This document shows positions 56,438-64,000 of a stretch of 64,000 nt of DNA, piece after piece (position 1 is the stretch's first letter; the number at the start of each line of letters is the position of its first letter). A program made the translations under genes and the position numbers. The stretch comes from Minutocellus sp. GHC0000111 (lineage: Eukaryota), in contig OZ361256.1 in assembly GCA_977018835.1 (NCBI GenBank), positions 4,650,001 through 4,714,000 on the forward strand, written 5' to 3'. Under the pieces are notes generated by a model, which saw only the letters and a program-made list of their open reading frames with translations, searched no databases and had not been told where the DNA came from.

Positions 56438-59400
56438 TTACTCAATCTCAGCGAGCAGATCATCACCCTCCACATTGTCGCCCGCCTCAACGAGGACGCG
56501 CTTGATAACACCGCCGATGGTACTCTTGATCTCGGTCTCCATCTTCATGGCCGAGAGTTTGAACAGAGTCTGTCCCTCTTCGACCTCCTGTCCAACTTCG
56601 ACATAACTATCGACCAAGACACCAGGCATTGGGCAGCCGATGCTGCCCTTGTTGGTAGGATCGCTCTTCTCGCGGCGAACCTTGACGGCACCACCAGAAC
56701 CAGCCATGAGATCAGGGGTGAGGGTGTCAGGGGTGCGGATGAACCACTTCTCTCCGTTAACCTCGAGGGTCACGTTGCGAGTACCAAAATCCTCGTTGTA
56801 GTTGTCGATGTGGGCGAGACGGATGTAGAAGTCCTTGCCAGGAGCAACGGAAACGAGGACCTCCTCACCGGGCTTGAGAGGTCGAATTAAGACATTGGTC
56901 GGGAGCTCATCGATGACTCCATACTCCTTCTCCCAGGCCATCCATGCCTTGAAGACGTCAGGATAGAGGGCATGCGAGAGGACATCCTTGAAGCTGATTC
57001 TTGCACTGCCGTAGGCCTCCTTGAGTGCTGCCTCAGAAGCATCGAAATCATACGAGGGAAGCTCGGCACCAGGGCGACCGGTGAAGTAAGATCTACCATC
57101 GGCGAGGGAACGGCCCTTGAGGACATTGGCGCGCATTACCTCAGGGAAACCACCGGGAGGGACACCGAGGGCGCCCTGGAAGTACTCGACGACAGATCCT
57201 GGGAGAGGCAGAGTCGAAGCGTTGGCAATGAGGTCCTCGGAAGACAGCTTCATGCTGATCATGAACTGAGCAAGGTCGCCCACAGCCTTGGAACTGGGCG
57301 TAACCTTGGGAATGTCACCCATAACCAGATTCGCCTCGATGTAAGCCTTCTTGACTTCGGCAAAGCGTCCAGCAAGACCGAGCTGCTTGGATTGGAACAG
57401 AAGGTTGGTGTACTGGCCACCGGGGATCTCATGCTTGTAGACGCTGCTACCAATGGCGGAGGGTAGCTCGGTAACCTCAAAGGGGAGGTACATGTGACGA
57501 ACAGACTCCCAATACACGTTGAGCTGCTGCAGGACGTCCAAATCGAGGTTGGTCTTCTCGGGTCCAACGCCGGAGACGATGGCACCCAGACAAGGCTGAG
57601 AGCTCAAGCCCGACATGGCATCGATGGCGCCGTCCACGATATCGGCACCGGCCTCGGCGGCGGCAATCATGGCGGCAACGCCAGCACCGGCAGTATCATG
57701 GGTATGGACGTGGATGGGAACCTCGGGGAACTTGGCTCGGAGAGCTGAAATAAGAACCTTGGCGGCACGGGGAGTAAGAAGACCGGCCATATCCTTGACG
57801 GCGAGGGCATGAGCACCCATCTTCATAAGCTCAACGGCATACGTCAGGTAGTAGAGGTTGTACTTGTAGTTGGGATCGTCCTTGGTCACATCGCCGGTGT
57901 AGCAAAGGACGGCCTCGACGAATCCACCCGAAGCGGCGGCGGCCTCGATGCCAATCTTCATGTTTTCAGGATCATTGAGAGAATCGAAGACATGGAAGAC
58001 ATCCATTCCGGAGTCGTATGCCTGCTTGCAGAAGGCATAAACAACGTTGTCAGGGTAGGCGGTGTAACCGACGGCGTTGGCGCCACGGAGGAGCATTTGG
58101 AAGCACACGTCGGGAACTTTGGCACGGAGGGCCTCCAATCGTCGCCAAGGGCACTCATGGAGGAATCTCATCGACACATCAAAGGTGGCGCCGCCCCACA
58201 TCTCGAGACTGAACACATCCTGAGATCCTCCGTACGCCTTGTTGGTGGCCTCGGCTGCCTTGAGCATATCGACGGTCCTCATACGAGTGGCCAAGAGACT
58301 CTGGTGAGCATCTCGCCAGGTAGTGTCGGTGAAGAGGACACGATCATGCTGCCGAACGGCACGAGCCATGGCCTTAGCACCCTCCTGTCTAAGAATGTGA
58401 CGGAAGTGAGGAGAAGAGAGGCCGGCGTTCTTCTTACTGAGGATGTCATTGATGGCATCAAGATTGGGAGGGGCCACATCGTTGAGAGAAATCATTTTAG
58501 ACTTCTCGGGGTCGGCACCAAGAGTCTTGGGATGGCCATTGACGGCGATGTTGGCAATGTACTTCAAGTATCCCTCCAGGTCATCGAGCTTCTGGTACGA
58601 AGGACGGAACGACTGCTTGTCGAGGGGATCATGAGGAATGGGCTGAATATCGAGCAGCGAGGGATTGTTTTCAATAAAGTTGAGGTCAAAGTTGCCTCGG
58701 ACGAAATCAGGATGCGCCAAAACGTTGAGGAGGAAGGGGATGTTATGCTTCACGCCACGAATATGGTTGTCCAAGAGACAACGGTGCATGCATCTGATGA
58801 CGCCATCCCAAGTGGACGACCGGGCAGTGTACTTGATGAGGAGGGAGTCAAAGTAGGGCTGAACGACCATGCCGCTGTAGGCAGCACCATCGAGACGAAT
58901 TCCAGGACCGACACTGTGACGGCAGACGTCCAGCATTCCGGTGTCGGGCGCAAAGTCTCTGGAGGGATCCTCGGTGGTGATGCGGCACTGCATGGCAATA
59001 CCACGGGGGACAATGTCCTCCTGGTTGAGTCCAATCTGCTCGAACGAGGCACCACTGGCGATGAGGAAGGTCGTCTGGACGATATCGATTCCCGTCACTT
59101 CTTCAGTGACTGTATGTTCGACTTGGACGCGAGGGTTGACTTCCATGAAGTAGTGCTGGCCGTTCTCGTCGATGAGGAACTCAACGGTACCAGCACAAGA
59201 GTACTTGCAGGCCATGGTGAGCTTGAGAGCATCCTCCAAGACATTCTGGCGGACGCTCATGGGATGATGCCAGGCGGGGGCAATCTCGATCAGTTTTTGA
59301 TGACGACGCTGGATGGAGCAATCGCGCTCCCACATATGGACGACGTTGCCCTTGCCGTCGCCGATGACCTGGACCTCGACGTGCTTGGCGGCACCAACGT

Positions 59401-60502
59401 AGCGCTCGATGAAGCAAGATCCGTCGCCGAAGGAGGCCAGAGCCTCGGACGATGCCGCCTTGAAGAAGGGGATGAGGTCCTTGCGCTCACGGACTACGCG
59501 CATGCCCTTGCCGCCGCCACCCTTGGCGGCCTTGATCATGACGGGAAGGCCATACTTATCGACGAAATCCTCGGCATCTTGAAGGTCGGTGACGGCACCG
59601 TCGGTACCGGGGACGACGGAAACGCCGGCATTGATGGCCAGCTCACGGGCCTTGGTCTTGTCACCAAAGATCTCGAGGTGCTCCACCTTGGGACCGACGA
59701 AGGTAATGCCCGCATCGGCACAGGCCTGAGCGAACTCGGCACTCTCGGAAAGGAATCCATATCCAGGATGGATGGCATCGACGCCATTGTCCTTGGCAAT
59801 CTTGATGAGATTCTCAATGTTGAGGTACGCACCGACGGGAGTTCCCGAGGCCGGGAGGAGGAAGGACTGATCGGCGCACCAGCGATGAGGGTTGTTGCGA
59901 TCCTCAAAGGCGTAGACGGCCACGGACTCCATGTTGAGCTCGGTGGCGGCACGGATGATGCGGGTTGCAATTTCAGATCGATTGGCTGTTGCATTGTTGG
60001 GCGAGTATTGTAGAATGAAGAAATCGACGAGAAGAAATCGATATTGATGAATGTATTGGGGAAACGAGCATAACATGCGTCAGTAAAGAAAACGAAGGGA
60101 AGATGCACGCGGCATACTGCCTTCGATGTTGGAACACAGAAAAACCATTGCATCGGCCATTGCTGCAATTGCTCGACGAATCAAATCGAATCTTATGCCA
60201 AAGTCGATGCGAACCGCCAGTCGAAAAGATATGAATATGTGCGCATACGATATCTGTTCTCATCGCATCAGAGCGAGGTTGCGCCGGCCAAGCAAGTCGA
60301 AGAACCAAAGAGCCCAGGCGACAAATGTATATTTCATCGAAATGAAGAAAGGTTCGGGTTCGGATTCGGATTCGGATTTCAACTCACCGGCCATAATCTT
60401 GTTGAAACGACAGAGATCGACGGGGTTGGGCAAAGACGGCGCCATGGACTGCTTGCGACGGTGCATCGTCATCTCGGGGAGAAGGCCAGGTTTAGGAGCC
60501 AT
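56438..60502 (-). CDS. PYC: Pyruvate carboxylase; exon 1 60502-60388, intron 60387-59986, exon 2 59985-56438
   Basis: Splicing G|gtgag...cag|CC gives FNKIMAANRSEIA; HPGYGFLSE, GGGGKGMR, ERDCSIQRRHQK, EVNPRVQVEH, DTTWRDAHQSL, WGGATFD, LLRGAN, KDMAG, HTHDT, KVTPSSK and the biotin site AMKM. Confidence 0.96.
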
Positions 60503-60942
60503 GGTTGGTGTTGTTGATGTATTGGTATTGTTGATGTATTGGTTTTGTAGTTGGATATTTGCAATTGCGTGTTGCTTTTGGATGGTTGGTAGGGTTTTAT
60601 GAGCCGGACTGGAGGATGAGCAGGGCAGTCGGGTTGAGGCTTCCTCTCGCCGCCGTGCTTCTGCGGGCGGCAGGGTTCTCTTTCGACGCCGGGTGTCTTT
60701 CAGATCTTGGCTCCTCTGTCTGCCCGTAGGAACTTGAGGATTTTGACTCAATCGACTGACATGATTGAGTTCGCGCCACAGTCGCCATACCAGCATACCT
60801 TTCGGTTTCAGAGGATTTGTAGAGGGTATACCAATAACCCCTAAAAAAGGTCATTCTTGCACCCATTTCTCATTTCCCACCACGTGTTTTGTTAGTCGAC
60901 ATTCTCTTCGGGAGGAACGCAAACACTCCTCAACTCGTGGAT

Positions 60943-61015
60943 ATCTACTGGACCTGCTCATTCAGTAGGTTGCCACCGACCAGTAGTATCCACTGAATTC
61001 GCAGGTCCAGTAGAT
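60943..61015. repeat. Long stem-loop just upstream of the transposase
   Basis: ATCTACTGGACCTGC (60943-60957) pairs perfectly with GCAGGTCCAGTAGAT (61001-61015); extended inward by ATTCAGT/ACTGAAT. Confidence 0.8.
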
Positions 61016-61085
61016 TCTGGCAGGAACACATGTGTTTTTTGGTCCCCCGCACACCCTCACACCGCAACCCGCAAATTTTGTGACG

Positions 61086-63935
61086 ATGACGACGACCACC
61101 AACCAGACCACGCCCAAAAAATACAAACGCAGCAGAACTTCGTTCTCAGGGAGCAAGAGAGGCAACACCAAGGCATCCAGGAAGGCGGCAAAGGCGGCAG
61201 CTGAGCCGAAAACACCATCGCCGAGCGCAAACACGTCGAAGAAGCGGCCACGGTCAAATTCATTCGCGCCCCCGCCAAACCGTCACCGTCGTCGGCGAAG
61301 AAGAGGACGGCCCCTCCTCCTATCCCCATGGCCTTTCTCCTTGCAGCAGATGTCATTCGAAGGGCTGGTAAGGATCTGTGGTGGAGAGTGACCCCCGATT
61401 CCTGCGGCAAAGATGACATTTGTGTTGGTTCTCGGCAGAAATGGGAAGACGTCCTCCCTGCTTTCATCGAGGCCGACTTGTTGCGTTCCAAGTCCGTCGG
61501 TGGAGGAAAGTATGAGCTACAGCACAACGAGGAAAAATGGAAGGATATGCAGCAACATCTCAAGGAGCATTGTAGTTTGAAGTTGCACTTGTCGACGTGT
61601 CGGCCGAGAGGGAAGACAAGACGCAGGGCGCTTTGTGTTTGTGCTCACAGGTTGCGTAAAAAGAAGGAGGACAACCACCCGAAATTCTCTGGACCGGAGG
61701 GACAGAAGGTGCACGAGAAAAGAAATCCCGATGAAGTTCTGTTCTCTGGGCGCTCGACTGTCTTAGCTACTAAGCTAGGTGAGAGGTTGTCAGCTCACAG
61801 AAAGGAGGTGCAGTCAGCGCATTGCGAAGCAAGAGTAAAATCACTAGTCGACGAGGCCAAGAAACTGGGTTGGATGCCAGCAAGTCTCCTCAGCATGCTG
61901 AAGGGAACTGGTGATGCTTCCGCCACTGAAGCAGCTGCAGCCTCCCCCAATGATGAAGGTTTAGGAGGAGCCGATGCTTCCGTTGTCTGTGCCACCTCCA
62001 GTGACATTGATGAACAGGTAAAGGTCGCTCTCGGCCTCAACTTTGTTGTTCGGATGGCCAACGATGACATGCTCCGTCCTCCTCGTCCCAATGCAACCGT
62101 CACCGAACCAATACCAATTCAGAAAAGAAAAGCAGGCGAATGAAAGAATGCGGTTCAGCGCCGTGGCTCTCGCGGATTGGTGGGGATGCGGCGACCCAAC
62201 TCGCACGCATGAAGACCGGCAACAAATTGCAACTGCCGCGTGTCGGCAAGTTGCGCACGATCACGGTTATGCCAAGTCAACCGGTGGTTCTCAGCTTTAC
62301 AAGTGGAGAGACCAGCTCTACAAAAGCCTTACTGATGGCATCAGCAATCCCATCGGCAGAAAGGAGGTTCGTGGAAGGAAGGCATGCACGGACATGATCG
62401 AGGAGAAGGAGCCAGGATGTCTCCGCGAGCTGTGTCGGCATGCTACTCGGATGAAGGGTGCGATGGCAACCTTTAAGGAGCTAGCTGACTGCATGAGCGC
62501 AAAATCAGCTACTCCAGATGAAGATAGGCTGACAATTAGTCTCCATCGTCTTCAGCTTTTTCGCTGGTGGAAAAAGCAAGGCGGTAAGGAGAAGTCGTCG
62601 ATCGAGAAGCCGAGGCTGACCCCCGAATGTTGTAGGAAGCGACTTGATTGGATCGAAAAGTGGGAGGACATTACGACCGATCCCAACATTCCTGTAGCGT
62701 GTCTTGATGAAAAGTGGTTTTACACTGCTACTCGGCGACGAAAGATCAAGATGTTGCCACTTTCTGACGAAGAACTAAGTGGTCCGAACCTCGCGTCTAT
62801 CCATGCTTCCGAGGCAAGCCCGAAAATTCGATCCAGAAGACACCCTGTCAAAGTTATGTGTCTTGGAGTTGTTGGCCGACCAATGAAGGATGAAACCAAA
62901 GACGTTGATTTCAATGGGCGCATCATGATCAAGAGAGTCGCCAGGGAGCAGAAGGTGGAAAAGCTTACGCGTAATCAGAATTTCTCTCCAGATGCTAAGG
63001 TCAACGATGCGCTAAAAAATGACAAAGATTGGCGCGACATTTACGACGAGAATGCTGACATGACCGACGGCCATCTTTGCGACCACATTGCCGAAATCTA
63101 CGGCCTTTCTGAGTTTGTTACAGAGCGATTGGAACTTCAATACGAGGACTATAAATCCGACGGTCAGGCAAAAAGTCGCAAGCATGCCGCTGTTGGCTAC
63201 AATCAAAAGATCTCGAGTCTCAAGCGACACACTCCTGATAGCAATGGAGAGAAGGTGAAGGTTGAGATCGACGACCTTGAGCTCGGGGTGCGGTATCAAC
63301 GGGGCGATAAGGTTACCAAGGACTGTAGCTGCGACTCCAAATGGATGTTGGAGACTATGAATGAGGTCGGGAAGGCGATTCGAGACGCACATCATTGGGT
63401 GAAGTGGGATCCACAAAATATTCAGGAGTCTGATGTTGTGTATCTTATGATGGACAATGCCGGCGGTCATGGGTCCAATGAAGCAGTTGAGAAGTACACC
63501 GAGGACCTCAAAAACAAATATAAGATTGAGATAATCCAGCAGGTTCCTCGGTCGCCCGAGACAAATGTTCTTGATCTCGGCATCTGGATGTCTTTGCAGT
63601 CGGCCGTCGAAAAGGAGCATCACGGTCAGAAGAATGATGCGAATGCTCTTGACAAGACTGTGATGAAAGTATGGGCCAATGTCTCATCAAAAGAGGCCTT
63701 TCTCAATGTATTTGGAAAACTTCCAGTGATATATAACAACATCAAGAGAAGTCGTGGCGGTAACAATCTTGTGGAGACCAGACGTGGAAAGGCTGGTCTC
63801 GCAAAAATTGCCGAGGAAGAAGCTGAAGAGGATGGTGAACCACTCTGGCCAATTGATGCTCCCGGCGAAGATGATGACATTGAGGACGACATAGATGAAA
63901 ATGATGAAGACGATGGAGTCATTGATTTGCTATAA
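61086..63935 (+). mobile_element. Tc1/mariner-superfamily DD39D transposase with long N-terminal extension; frameshifts at ~61270 and ~62125
   Basis: LDEKWFY, SRRHPVKVM.LGVVGRP, MDNAGGH and QVPRSPETNVLDLG, with exactly 39 residues between the second and third Asp; ends GGNN. A right TIR would lie beyond the window. Confidence 0.9.
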
Positions 63936-64000
63936 CTTATCATAGCATGTCCATTTCTATTCATTACATTTTGATTTGGTGCTTCCAAAAATGTATTTTT

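Noticed and set aside
57809..60013. 734-aa antisense ORF over pyruvate carboxylase
   Set aside because: Same codon-bias shadow; no independent coding signal.
59986..60076. N-terminus of the 1212-aa ORF (MLCSFPQY...) as the PYC start
   Set aside because: Intronic; splicing from the exon at 60502-60388 restores KIMAANR.
11981..60502. PPase, Lhcf and PYC as a carbon-fixation gene cluster
   Set aside because: Separated by tens of kb of unrelated genes; no evidence of functional clustering.
60260..60796. 178-aa ORF as a separate gene
   Set aside because: It is PYC exon 1 read through into the intron; the ESESES tract is a (TCCGAA)n microsatellite.

Overview
Eukaryotic nuclear DNA, almost certainly from a diatom: it has two fucoxanthin-chlorophyll (Lhcf) genes, short GT-AG introns and compact gene spacing. 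Recognisable genes are a DUF1244-MogA/Cnx1G fusion, a CHASE-type nucleotide cyclase, an HXXXD acyltransferase, a TPR protein, a K+-type H+-pyrophosphatase, a bZIP, two Lhcf, IMP1, a VHL-like/PUB protein, a LURP-one protein, Fcf2, a cationic amino-acid transporter, a secreted Cys-repeat protein, a His-phosphatase, SPF27, an LRAT-like protein, an epimerase-like/DUF616 fusion, pyruvate carboxylase and a DD39D mariner transposase, plus two MITEs. Three things stand out. (1) A four-copy tandem family of secreted proteins shares one unrecognised N-terminal domain and a Ser/Pro stalk but ends in different C-terminal modules. (2) Tyr codons appear converted to Cys/His (TpA->TpG/CpA) in the transposase and in the dead paralogue, which hints at a repeat-directed mutation process. 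(3) About ten genes carry small deletions, duplications, stops or apparent large deletion junctions, so this is either a decaying haplotype or an error-prone assembly. All family calls come from motif recognition; no searches were run.
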